Origin: Squalus acanthias
Lineage: Eukaryota
Length of the DNA: 64,000 bases
Assembly: GCA_030390025.1 (NCBI GenBank)
Contig: CM059432.1
Span: forward strand, 71,674,001 to 71,738,000
Reading direction: 5' to 3'
Shown: piece by piece, positions 13,618 to 25,925 of the stretch
Numbering within the stretch: the first letter of the stretch is position 1
How the letters are laid out: each line of letters begins with the position of its first letter
The notes under the pieces: model-generated
Told to the model about the DNA's origin: nothing
Seen by the model: only the letters and a program-made list of their open reading frames with translations
Databases searched by the model: none
Translations under genes and position numbers: made by a program

Positions 13618-14279
13618 TGTTGAATCTTCCACAGCATACTTGAAAATACTCGCAGCACCTCCAGCAGCCACAATGTACCTCCCCTTTAAGAGGTGCAGGC
13701 TAGTCCTTGGCACTCGTGATATCGGGCCCCCTGCTGATGTGTGCAGCCAATGAACAGCGCGGGAAGCGCTGGTTGCACGCAGTAATCATTTAAAACATAG
13801 ACAGCACGAATTTGACATCCTGTCTGCATCGCATTCAAAGACCGCTGGTTAATCGGTTATCCAATTTGACCCCCTGCGTGTCTCAGTGAGGATTCTTCAA
13901 TCTGATTGGTTGATGAGCCTTGCTGTTTTTTGCCCAGCTCACAGATGCCACAGATCCCCTGTAGAGGGCGCCGTGCTGGATCAGACGCCAATTAGAGCAA
14001 GTCTCTGCTCAAAAGCCCGTGAAAACTCTGTGGGCAGCTGTCAGCGAGGTGAACGCCAAGCACCATTCCTTCGCCGCTGACCACAATCCGGGCCAATATC
14101 TGGGCCAAAATATTTTCACTTTCTGAAACACTTTTTAAACTACTCTCCTAAGTGTTAAGCATTTAGTTACATTTTCTTTAGCTTTGGAGTTACATTTCAT
14201 AGAAAATCATATTTTCTTTTCCAAACCTTTCTCCCCATTTCTCTTGACTCTCATATTGTTTCCACTCTACTAACAGCCT

Positions 14280-14485
14280 TCCAGTACCCAGCCTAGGCCA
14301 TTCCTCAGCCATGAGCTATTCGCAGGCTGTCTTGTCGTCACACATGTGCTACCAGCAGGATAGCAAATCTGTAGCTGAAGGTCACTGAAATCATTTTTAG
14401 TGTTCCATTGCTGATCCAGCTAACTTAACACAGACCAGGGATCCAACCTAATGCTTTCCTTATCACTGTGGCTCAGTACCATCAG
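14280..14485 (-). mobile_element. Old tRNA-derived SINE remnant
   Basis: The minus strand reads TGGTACTGAGCCAC..GGTTGGATCCCTGGTCTGTGTTAAGTTAGCTG, the same family as 15240, 48790 and 49940. Confidence 0.5.
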
Positions 14486-14553
14486 GGAGCTCTGAATACA
14501 ATATTAATACATAATTAAAACATTTTCTAATAATGCAATTTGCAAAAGATAAT

Positions 14554-14632
14554 GGGGATGAATTTCCGTAGGTTTTCTGCGGTTCTTCCACTGAAGTAAT
14601 GAGTGAGAGGAGCCCTGCGAATATTCACCCCT
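14554..14632. mobile_element. 79-bp hairpin mini-MITE
   Basis: Imperfect ~20-bp TIRs GGGGATGAATTTCCGTAGG / CCTGCGAATATTCACCCCT, flanked by AAT on both sides. Confidence 0.65.
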
Positions 14633-15239
14633 AATGTTGCCCCGCAGAGTTAATTATGCTCACTGACTTACATCCCATGGAAAGAAGCACATGAAAGGAA
14701 AGCTGCTGTTAAACAAAGCTTTTACTGCTTACATCCAGTCAACATGTCTCAAATTAGCTGATATGAATAGCACTGAGTGAAATGGTACATCAACAAATTG
14801 AGCAATTTGCAATTCAAACTAATTATCTGTGGCAATTAGGAAAAATCTAAGGCGTTACTATGGTATTGGTTCTACACCACAATAGACGATACAACAGATG
14901 TATGTTTTGGGAGTAGACTGCCTAAAGATTTATTTTACTGTTCAAGTGCACTTTCCCATAATGTACACCCAGAGTGTATATACTTTTTCATTAAAAGGGA
15001 ACTGAACAATAATTAATATCACAAGTGAGCTGAAAGAACACTTACTGTTATAGACATATGTTCTGCTCAGCTGTGTAAGGTTAATGCTGCTAGAAATTGT
15101 AAACAGACTAATTTTGTGATGACTAAAGCAAGTCTGCACTTTTGTTTTCAAATGCAATGGTCTCACTGGGAAACAACAGCTCTGAAAATCTTTCTTCTTC
15201 CAAGAAAACCTGAGAAAGAAGGCTGTTCAATGACCAAAG

Positions 15240-15560
15240 TGGATCAACACTGACCCATGCAGACTAGGAAGATCCCAAGTTTGACCTCCTGGTCAGTGCT
15301 GAATTACCTGGTATCAACTGAGGCAATAATGGAAGTGCTGCAATTGCCACTATCCGCACACTAGGGAAGGGAAACAAATCAACCAAAGGTCCTGTGCCTG
15401 CTGGCTATCCAATGATTCCTACTGGAATGTGCACACATGCTGATATTATGCAAAGATAGGATTGGGCTTGCCCCCAACATTCACTGTCTAAGTTCACGCA
15501 TGAAGATTAGCCATTCAAAGCAATGCACTAGAAGACTGCTGGCACACATAGAATTGTATG
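15240..15560 (+). mobile_element. Old tRNA-derived SINE
   Basis: AGACTAGGAAGATCCCAAGTTTGA..GTGCTGAATTACCTG..GCTATCCAATGA..CACTGTCTAAGTTCAC is colinear with the copies at 48790-49110 and 49940-50260. Confidence 0.55.
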
Positions 15561-16513
15561 GTATTAGTCACATTGTTATGAGAGGAGAGGAGAAATTATG
15601 GAAAAGTGGAAAAAGCATAAATAGAGAACCTGAGAAAGGATTCTTTACAGTAAGAAATTTCTGCTCATAGAAAGGTCCTGAGCAAGAAGTTTCCTTTCTA
15701 CCACCATCGCTATTACAAAGAAGCTGATATATGTTTCAGATCTTGCATTCAAATAATAATAGTATTCTTGAGGTTTTGAACACCAGCAGCAAAACCAATT
15801 TCTGCAGACTGACAGGGTTTCCACAAGTGCAAGGGGCAATTGACAGAATGCATGTGGCAAAGCCCCATATGACAATCTGCTCAATTTCATGAACAGGAAA
15901 GCCTTTCATTCCATTAATGTGGAAATAGTATGCGAAGCTAATCACCTTATTCTGCACATGAATGACCAATAACAAAGAAGCTGCCAGTACACTTTCATCA
16001 TGCAACAATCTACCAGACCAGCCCTGAGGACTCAAAGCCACTCCGGAATCTTCAATATTCTTACATTTACTAAGAAACTGGCTAGTGTACGGCAATGAAA
16101 CTAATAAATGGTTCAGTATAGCTTTTTTAAGTCATTTTCAGTGACTTAAAATCAGGTTACTCACAGGTGGTGAACTAAACACTCTTATTAAAAATGCTTA
16201 TTTTTTGTGATAAACCCATTTTCAGCTGTATTTATAAAACTGCACCAAGTTACCACTCTTAAATACACCAATTAATATTTTTTAATACAAGGGGAAAATA
16301 TATAAACAATTCTGTCTGTTACACTGCTCGATTGCGCTGGTAAATGATTTTTATTTTTTTTATTTTAGAAGGCAGTTCCCCTTTAAGGGACCACACTGCT
16401 TTGTAAAATACCAGCTTTGCTTTAAGAGAAGGCTGTTCTTACTGCAGTGACACTATGGTCATGCTACATTGGGCCTCCTGCTGAGATTACTGCCCGAAAT
16501 CCGGCCTTGCACA

Positions 16514-19500
16514 ATTTTTTTTTATTCGTTTATGGGATGTGGGCGTCACTGGCAAGGCCAGCATTTATTGCCCATCCCTAATTGCCCTTGAGAAGGTGGT
16601 GGTGAGCCACCTTCTTGAACCGCTGCAGTCCATGTAATGAAGGTACTTCCACAGTGCTGTTAGGTAGGGAGTTACAGGATTTTGACGCAGCGACGATGAA
16701 GGGTCGGCGATATACTTTTAAGTCAGGATAGTGTGTGACTTAGAGGGGAACTTGGAGGGGGTGGTGTTCCCATGCGCCTGCTGCCCTTGTCCTTCTAGGT
16801 GGAAGAGGTCGCGGGTTTAGAAGGTGCTGCACAAGAAGCCTTGGCGAGTTGCTGCAGTGCATCTTCTAGATGGTACACACTACAGTCACGGTACGCCAGT
16901 GGTGGAGGGAGTGAATGTTTAAGGTGGTGGATGGGGTGCCAATCAAGCGGGCTGATTTGTCCTGGATGGTGTCGAGCTTCTTGAGTGTTGTTGGAGCTGC
17001 ACTCATCTAGGCAAGTGGAGAGTATTCCATCACGCTCCTTACTTGTGCCTTGTAGATGGTAGAAAGGCTTTGGGGAGTCAGGAGGTGAGACACTCACTGC
17101 AGAATACCTAGCCTCTGACCTGCTCTTGTTGCCACAGTATTTATGTGGATGGTCCAGTTAAGTTTCTGGTCAGTGGTGAACCCCAGGATGTTGATGGTGG
17201 GAGATTCGGCGATGGTAATGCCACTGAATGTCAAGGGGCAGTGGTTAGACTCTCGCTTTTTGGAGATAGTCATTGCCTGGCACTTCTGTGGCGCGAATGT
17301 TACCTGCCACTTATCAGCCCAAGCCTAAATGTCGTCCAGGTCTTCTTGCATGCGGGCATGGACTACTTCATTATCTGAGGAGTTGTGAATGGCACTGAAC
17401 ACTGTGCAGTCATCAGCGAACATCCCAATTTCTGACCTTATGTTGGAGGGAAGGTCATTGATGAAGCAGCTGAAGATGGTTGGGCCTAGGACACTGCCCT
17501 GAGGAACTCCTGCAGCGATGTCCTGGGGCTGAGATGATTGGCTATCAATCACCACAGCTATCTTCCTTTGTGCTCGGTATGACTCCAGCCAGTGGAGAGT
17601 TTTCCCCCTGATTCCCATTGACTTCAGTTTTTCTAGGGCTCCTTCATGCCACACTCGGTCAAATGCTGCCTTGATGTCTAGGGCAGGCACTCTCACCTCA
17701 CCTCTGGAATTCAGCTCCTTTGTCCATGTTTGGACCAAGACTATAATGAGGTCAGGAGCCGAGTGGTTTTGGCGGAACCCAAACTGGGCATCAGTGAGCA
17801 GGTTATTGGTGAGTAAGTGCCGCTTGATAGCACTGTCGATGACACCTTCCATCACTTTGCTGATGATTGAGAGTAGACTGATGGGACGGTAATTGGCTGG
17901 ATTGGATTTGTCCTGCATATTGTGGACAGGACATACCTGGGCAGTTTTCCACATTGTCGGAGAGTTGCCAGTGCTGTAGCTGTACAGGAACAGCTTGGCT
18001 AGAGGCATGGCTAGTTCTGGAGCACAAGTCTTCAGCACGATAGTTGGGATGTTGTCAGGACCCATAGCCTTTGCTGTGTCCAGTGCACTCAGCCATTTCT
18101 TGATATCACGTGGAGTGAATCGAATTGGCTGAAGACTGGCTTCTGTGATGGTGGGATCCTCAGGAGTAGGCCAATATGGATCATCCACTCGGAACTTCTG
18201 GCTGAAGATGGTTGCAAATGCTTCAACCATGTCTTTTGCACTCACGTGCTGGGCTCCACCATCATTGAGGATGGGGATATTCATGGAGCCTCCTCCTCCC
18301 GTTAGTTGTTTAATGGTCCACCACCATTCATGACTGGAAGTGGCAGGACTGCAGAGCTTTGATCTGATCCCTTGATTGTGAGATCGCTTAGCCCTGTCTA
18401 TAGCATGCTGCTTCCACTTTTTAGCATGCATGTAGTCCTGTGTTGTAGCTTCTCCAGGTTGGCACCTCATTTTTAGGTACGCCTGGTGCTGCTCCTGGCA
18501 TGCTCTTCTACACTTCTTATTGACCAGGGTTGGTCCCTGGCTTGATGGTAATGGTAGAGTGAGGGATATGCCGGGCCATGAGGTTACAGATTGTGGTGAA
18601 ATACAATTCTGCTGCTGCTGATGGCCCACAGCGCCTCATGGATGCCCAGTTTTGAGCTGCTATATCTGCTCTGAATCTATCCCTATTAGCACAGTGGTAG
18701 TGCCACACAACCCGATGGAGGGTGTCCTCAGTGTTAAGACGGGACTTTGTCTCCACAATGACTGTGCGGTGGTCACTGCTACCAATACCGTCATGGACAG
18801 ATGCATCTGCGACAGGTAGGTTGGTGAGGACGAGGTCAAGTAGGTTTTTCCCTCGTGTTGGTTCTCTCACCACCTGTCGTAGGCCCAGACTGGCAGCTAT
18901 GTCCATCAGGACTTAGCCAGCTCAGTCAGTAGTGGTGCTACTGAGCCACTCTTGGTGATGGACATTGAAGTCCCCCACCCAGAGTACATTCTGTGCCTTT
19001 GCTACTCTCAGTGCTTCTTCCAAGTGGTGTTCAACATGGAGGAGTACTGATTCATCAGCTGAGGGAGGGTAGTAGGTGGTAATCAGTAGAAGGTTTCCTT
19101 GCCCATGCTTGACCTTGAAGCCATGAGACTTCATGGGGTCCGGAGTCAATGTTGAGGACTCCTAGGGCCACTCCTTCCCGACTGTATACCACTGTGCCGC
19201 CACCTCTGGTGGGTCTGCCCTGCCGGTGGGACAGGACATACCCAGGGATGGTGATGAAGGAGTTTGGAACATTGGCTGAAAGGTATGATTCTGTGAGTAT
19301 GACTATGTCAGGCTGTTGCTTGACTAGTCTGTGGGACAGCTCTCCCAATTTTGGCACAAGTCCCCAGATGTTGGTGAGGAGGACTTTACAGGGTTGACTG
19401 GGCTGGGTGTGCCATTGCCGTGTCCGTAGCTGGTGCCGAGGTTGATGCCAGGTTGTCTGTCCAGTTTCATTCTTATTATTTTGTTTCGTAGCAGTTTGTT

Positions 19501-19555
19501 ACAACTAAATGGCTTGCTAGGCCAATTCAGAGGGAAGTTAAGAGTCAGTTAAGAG
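16514..19555 (-). mobile_element. Near full-length poly(A)-tailed LINE (family Z; CR1-group, possibly Zenon-like), with stops and frameshifts
   Basis: APE (LTESYL, GGGTVVY, VGDFN, LDLVLTN, SDH) and RT (QFGFR, LDIKAAFDRVWH, GVPQGSVLGP, FADD) across ORFs 19357 to 16795. AATAAA-A(n) tail at 16514-16525. Confidence 0.88.
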
Positions 19556-20387
19556 TAAACAGTGAGTGTAGCGCTGCTCTAATGTTAATTAGCAAGCAGC
19601 ACCAATATACTGGTGCTGCCAGCGCTATTAATTTCAGCAGCCGTTAACTGCGGCCCACCGTGCCACCGGCAGGTTTCCAGCACTCTCGAATTTCTAGGCC
19701 ATTCAAACTCAACCAAGGTCCCACTGAAGATATGTTATTGAGGTGCTGCAACTTGATGGTGTGCAGAACAATCATATGATTCAGTATATCAGGAGTTTAA
19801 AACATGGATAATCACCATTAAAATCTGCGAAGGACAAGGAATAAATAAGGTAAAGACCCAAACTGTAGCAATGTGCTATGATTCTACTGTACCAGGCACT
19901 GAGGACAATGGGTCAATTTAAACCTGCCCTGGAGCACATGCTTACCTTTTCAAGTCACTTCATAATGCACGTGATGTTTAAGTGCATGCACAGAAGCAGT
20001 ACATCAGGATGCATTATGGGGTCATTTCAGCTGACTCCCAATCAGCTGGTTTCCAGCCCTTGTGCCAACACCATGAACAGGGGCAGGAGAAGCTGGTCGA
20101 CTGCATGAAAAATAGACAGTTGGCAACTGTGTATTTTGACTGTTCCTTTAGTATAACCTCAAGACGTATTTTTCTATGTCTCACGGTAATCATTTAATGT
20201 TAAAAGTTCATATTCATGAATAGGAATGAAGAAGGGATGGAAGATAAACCAAAAGAACAGAGCAGAGTGAGAGATACAGTGAAGAGAGAGAAATGTCCCA
20301 ATGCACTTCACAGATGCATAATCAAAAAAAAATGGATGTCCAGCCAAAGAAGAAGATATTAGGAGTGACCAAAGGCTTGGTCAAAGA

Positions 20388-20522
20388 CAAAAGCAAAATA
20401 CTGCGGATGCTGGAAATCTGAAATAAAAACAGAAAACGTTGGAAATACTCAGCAGGTCAGGCAGCATCTGTGGAGCGAGAAACAGAATTACCGTTTCAGG
20501 TCAATAACCTTTCGTCAATTGA
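20388..20522 (-). mobile_element. Penelope-type terminal repeat fragment with a degenerate hammerhead
   Basis: 12-bp duplication CTTGGTCAAAGA on both sides. Near-copy of 20701-20841. Confidence 0.7.
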
Positions 20523-20700
20523 CTTGGTCAAAGAGGTGGTTTTACAAAGAGGATCTTAAAGGAAGAGAGGGAGGTGGAAAGGCAGCGAAGTTTAGGGAGG
20601 GAATTCTGGAGCTTGGATCCAAGGCGGCTAATGGCATGGGCACCAATGGTGGGGTGAAGGGACAGGTATGCTCAATAGGTCAGTTAGTTAAATGGACAAT

Positions 20701-20841
20701 AGCAAAATACTGCGGATGCTGGAAATCTGAAATAACAGCAGAAAATGTTGGAAACACTCAGCAGGTCAGGCAGCATCGTGGAGAGAGAAACAGAGTTAAC
20801 GTTTCAGGTCGATGACCCTTCGTCAGAACTGGAACAGAACT
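20701..20841 (-). mobile_element. Penelope-type terminal repeat fragment
   Basis: 14-bp duplication GTTAAATGGACAAT at 20687-20700 and 20842-20855. Contains a hammerhead core. Confidence 0.72.
20794..20830 (-). ncRNA. Minimal type I hammerhead ribozyme motif
   Basis: The minus strand reads AGTT-CTGACGA-AGGGTCATCGACCT-GAAAC-GTT-AACT: CUGANGA and GAAA cores, stem II GGTC/GACC, palindromic AACGTT stem III and 4-bp stem I. Confidence 0.7.
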
Positions 20842-22695
20842 GGTTAAATGGACAATTTGGAGGAGGGATTGTAGCACTGGAGGAGGTTACAGACCTAGGG
20901 AGGGGCAAAGTCATAGAAAGATTTAAACACAAGGATGAGAGTTTTAAATTTGAAGCGTAGGGGACCTGAAACCAATGTAGATCAGTGAGAAAAGGGATGA
21001 TGGCTGAGCAGGACCTGTTGTGGGTAGGATATAAGCAACAGAGTTTTGAATGATCTGAAGCTTAAGGAGGGTGGAGAAGAAAGGCTGGCCAGGAGAGCAT
21101 TGGAATAGTTGAATCTGGAGGTGACAAAGGTGTGGATGAGAGTTTCGGCAGAAGATGAGATGTAATAGAAGCAGAGGAGGGAAATATTAGAGGTGGAAAT
21201 AGGCAGTCTTTGTGATGGAAATGATATAGGGTCAGAAGCTCAACTCAGGGTCAAATGGGATGCTAAGGTTGCAAACAATCTGGTTCAGCCTGAGACATTG
21301 ACTGGGGCGGGGGATGGATTTTGAAGCAGAAGCCAAAGATGATGGTTTTGGTCTTCTCAATATTTAGCTGGAGAACAGTACAGCTCATCCAAGACTGGAT
21401 GTGCAACAACCACTTTAACAGTACAGATGCAGTGGAAAGCTCGAAAAAGGTGAGGAAGAGGTAGAGCTGGGTGTTATCAGCGCATATGCAAACTAGCACT
21501 AATAAAGGAATTAAGCAACATTCTTCAGCATGGTATTCTTTGAATTTTTTTAACTACTACTGTGACAATAGACCAGCTTTGTCTTTCACTTCAGTTGACA
21601 TGTGAGAGAACATTTGATTTTATCGTTCAAGGATAGACAGCAGCTAGTTTATGCTTGTGTGAGTGGCTTGTTACGGTTGTCAATGCAATTACACTCATGC
21701 TGTATCTTCCACTCAGTAAATGACCACAGACTTCAAAAACATTGTTTTGAATTCTTTTATGATACTGATTATTAGTCAGTTAAGCAGCATAATTTTTCAA
21801 AATTAAACTAAATTAACCATCTCAAAATACATGTAATCAACAGAAATCTGTTTATTAAAAATAATTTTATGGATTTAATGCATTCACTATCCTAGAAATA
21901 AGATCCTTCTTTTTTCCCATTCCTTAAAATAAAATTGATGACTAAATAGTGTAGAATTATGTAAAAACAGGGCTACTTGACAAACCTCCTCTAGGGCACT
22001 GCTTTATGAAAGCTTGCTGCCTCTCTGTGATTTTATTTGGAACTACAGCAGGGAGTCATGCAGCTTAAAACATTTTTAGGAATAGGAAAAGGTCACTAAA
22101 CCCAGCAAGCTCATGCCTTTTTCATAGATTAACCTCGCTTTCTTGCATGTCCCTCAAGCCCTTTTCTTTCCAGAAACACATTTTAACAAAGTTAGTGTCC
22201 ATCATCTATCTGAGAGTATGTATTCCTTTCATACATTCCTGAATTTAAGAAAAATATATACTTGTTTCAATTTAAATCAGGGAACCATACACATTTTAAT
22301 TTGATGTTATATCATCACATAAAATTTGCCTACACTGAATTATGATCAAAATTCAAATTCAAAAATTCAGAAATACCTTTCCAAAAATCCCTGGCTTGTA
22401 AATGTCAGGGAATAGAACATTTTGCATCTTGGACACCCAGTGTTAGCATCAAGCACTCTCGGGTTAGTTATGGTTGTGTTAGATGTAGAGTAAAGCTCCC
22501 TGTATTCCGCTTCAATGTTTCAACACCAACCTCAGAATAGCAGCCTCTACTGGTCGACTGTGACATTTTCCATCTCCCACATCACTCTCCAGTGATCTCA
22601 CTAAAGAAGATTGCCAGCTTTTTGTTGCGTCATATCCTGATAGAAAGTGGACAACCCTTACACCCAGAAGACAAGACTTTCATCCAATCGGCACA

Positions 22696-25340
22696 GCAAC
22701 AACAACAACTTGCATTTATATAGCACCTTCAATGTAGTAAAACGTCCTAAGGCGCATCACAAGAGTGTTATCAAACAAAATCTGACACCGAGACACATAA
22801 GGAGATATTAGGGCAGATGACCAAAAGCTTGGTCAAAGAGATAGGTTTTAAAGAGCGTCTTAAAGGAGGAAAGAGAAGCAGAGAGGTTTAGGGAGGGAAT
22901 TCCAGAGCTTAGGGTCCAGGCAGCTGAAGGCACGGCCGCCAATGGTGGAGTGATTAAAATCAGGGATGTGCAAGTGGCCAGAATTGGAGGAGCGCAGGTA
23001 TCTCGGAGGGTTGTACGGCTGGAGGAGGATACAGAGATAGGAATGGGCGAGGCCATGGAAGGATTTGAAAACAAAGATGAGAATTTTAAAATCGAGGCAT
23101 TGCTTAACCGGGAGCCAATGTAGGTCAGCGAGCACAGGGGTGATCGGTGAACGGAACTTGGTGCGAGTTATGATATGGGCAGCAGAGTTTTGGATGACCT
23201 TAAATTTATGGAGGGTGGCAAATGGGAAGCCAGCCAGGAGTGCATTGAAATAGTCTAGAGGTAACAAAGGCATGGATGAGAGTTTCAGCAGCAGTTGAGC
23301 TGGGGCAGGGCGGAGTCAGACGATGTTACGGAGGTGGAAATAGGCAGTCTTAGTGATGGCGCGGATATGTGGTTGGAAGCTTATCTCGGGGTTAAATGCG
23401 TCATAAGGTTACGAACAGTCTGTTTCAGCCTCAGACAGTTGCCAGGGAGAGAGAGATGGAGTCGCTGGCTAGGGAACGGAGTTTGGGCCGGGGACTCAAG
23501 ACAATGGCTTTGCTCTTCCCAATATTTAGTTGGAGGAAATTTCTGCTCATCCAGTACTGGATGTCGGACAAGCAGTCTGACAATTTAGAGACAGTGGAGG
23601 GGTCGAGAGAAATGGTGGTAAGGTAGAGCTGGGTGTCGTCAGCATACATGCATGCTAAACAGTCGAAGCAGCATGCTTTAGACAGAGCTAAGTGATCCCA
23701 CAAACAACGGATCAGATCAAAGCTCTGCAGTCCTGCCACATCCAGTTGTGAATGGTGGTGGACCATTAAACAACTAACGGGAGGAGGAGGCTCCATGAAT
23801 ATCCCCATCCTCAATGATGGTGGAGCCCAGCACGTGAGTGCAGAAGGCAAGGCTGAAGCATTTGCAACTATCTTCAGCCAGAAGTGCCGAGTGGATCATT
23901 CATCTCGGCCTCCTCCGGAGGTCGCCACCATCACAGAAGCCAGTCGTCAGCCAATTCGATTCACACCACGTGATATCAACAAATGGTTGAGCACACTGGA
24001 TAAAGCAAAGGCTATGGGCCCCAACAACATGCCAGCTGTCGCGCTGAAGACTTGAGCTCCAGACCTAGCCGCGCCTCTAGCCAAGCTGTTCCAGTACAGC
24101 TACAACACTGACATGCGTGTCAGCTGTGGCTCAGTTGGTAACACGCTGATTATTACACAGTGTTCAGTTCCATTCGCAACTCCTTGGCTAATGAAGCAGT
24201 CCGTGCCTGCATGCAGCAAGACCTGGACGACATTCAGGCTTGGGTTGATAAGTGGCAAGTAATATTCGCACCACACAAGTGCCAGGCAGTGACTATCTCC
24301 AACAAGAGAGAGTCTGACCACTGCCCCTTGACATTCAATGACATTACCATCGCCAATTCCCCCACCATCAACATCCTGTGGGTCACTATTGACCAGAAAC
24401 TTAACTGGACCAGCCACATAAATACTGTGACTACAACAGCAGGTCAGAGGCTAGGTATTCTGCAGTGATTATCTCACCTCCAGACTCCCCAAAGCCTTTC
24501 CACCATTTACAAGGCACAAGTCAGAAGTGTGATGGAATACTTTCCACTTGCCTGGATGAGTGCAGCTCCAACAACACTCAAGAAGCTCAACACCATTCAG
24601 GACAAAGCAGCCCACATGATTGGCACCCCATCCAGCACCTTAAACATTCACTCCCTCCACCAGTGGTCCACCGTGGCTGCAGTGTGTACCATCTACAAGA
24701 TGCACTGCTTCTTCGACAGCACCTCCCAAACCTGCGACCTCTACCACCTAGATGGACAAGGGCAGCAGACGCATGGGAACACCACCACCTCCAGTTTCCC
24801 TCCAAGTCACACACCATCCTGACTTGGAAATATATCGCCGTTCCTTCATTAAAATCCTGGAACTCCCTCCTGATCAGCACTATAGGAGTACCTTCACCGC
24901 ACGGACTGCAGCGGTTCAAGTAGGCAACTCACCGCCACCTTCTAAAGGGCAATTAGAGATGGGAAATAAATGCTGGCCTTGCCAGCGATGTCCAGATCCC
25001 ATTAGCGAATACAAAAAACATGTGAAAACTGACGCTGTGTTTTCGGATGATGTCGCCGAGGGGCAGCATGTTGATGAGTAATAGGAGGGGGCCAAGGATA
25101 GATCCTTGGGGGACACTAGAGTAATGGTGCAAGAGCGGGAAGAGAAGCCATTGCAGGTGGTTCTCTGGCTACGACTGGATAAGTGAGAATGGAACCAGGC
25201 GAGTGCAGTCCCACCCAGCTGTACAACGGTGGAGAGGCTTTGGAGGAGGATGGTGTGGTCAACCATGTCAAAGGCTGCAGACAGGTCGAGAAGAATGAGG
25301 AGGGATAATTTACGACTGTCACAGTCACATAGGACGTCAT
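22696..25340 (-). mobile_element. L2 LINE 3' part, interrupted at 23651-25017
   Basis: [25 protein letters not shown] and LHWLPV motifs. (TTG)n tail at ~22696-22710. ACATG is duplicated around the insert. Confidence 0.88.
23651..25017 (+). mobile_element. Family Z LINE fragment with an internal deletion, inserted in L2
   Basis: Colinear with 16514-19555, with an A-tail at ~25013-25018. The RT core is missing near 24110-24145. Confidence 0.85.
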
Positions 25341-25420
25341 AGGATGGCACGGGTTGAATTTGAACGCAGATCCCAGAAGTGAAAGGCCAGTGATTAACCT
25401 ACTGTATCACTTATCCTTGC
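25340..25420 (-). mobile_element. tRNA-derived SINE head remnant
   Basis: The minus strand reads ..CACTGGCCTTTCACTTCTGGGATCTGCGTTCAAATTCAACCC, with a B-box-like GTTCAAAT. Confidence 0.45.
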
Positions 25421-25925
25421 GGTGCTCATTTTCACCTGGAACAGATTTCTAGGTAGGGCAGTCAAGTTAAAAACCATGGAATCATTTGAAGTTGCTTTAA
25501 TATTGGACATGGTGGTGACTCTTAACTCACAGGCCAGGCCTCAAGCAGCCAGAACCTTTACCAGATCTTCTCAGCTGTCAGCCTTAGCAACACATTTACT
25601 TCCAGCTTGTTGTTGGCTGCATGAGACTGCTGGTCAAGTGCTGGCAGCACTAATGTCAATAAACCCAACATAAAAACAACTAAAGCTGCATTTAGGGGAT
25701 AATTTTAACCCCCCATAAACAGGTGGTTTTGAGTCAGGTGAGAAGTAAAAATGTTAAAAATTTCAAACAGGAACCCAACCACCTTGAATCCAACCATTTC
25801 CACTTTTAATGGAGGTGGGATGAGGGACGAACTGGCTGATGCCTCTACTGCCCGTGAATATCTTTCTCCTCAGAGCCAAAGGCAAAGTGGTAGAACTTGC
25901 AGCACATCATGATCCTCACAACTTT

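Larger units (their letters stand above)
6233..14108 (-). mobile_element. Decayed PIF/Harbinger-type DNA transposon (copy 1) with an intron-containing Myb/SANT gene, split by nested insertions at 6566-12803
   Basis: Myb/SANT exons at 13617-13397, 13111-12952 and from 6555 downward. The flanks rejoin as GTATCTGAAATGAAAAGGGAC when the CR1 is removed. TIR-like end AATATCTGGGCC at ~14095-14106. Confidence 0.75.
20290..21500 (-). mobile_element. Old L2 LINE 3' fragment hosting two Penelope-type insertions
   Basis: ADNTQLY..WM..LQLN.EKT in ORF 21263-21499. Its 3' region is homologous to the L2 at 22696. Confidence 0.75.
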
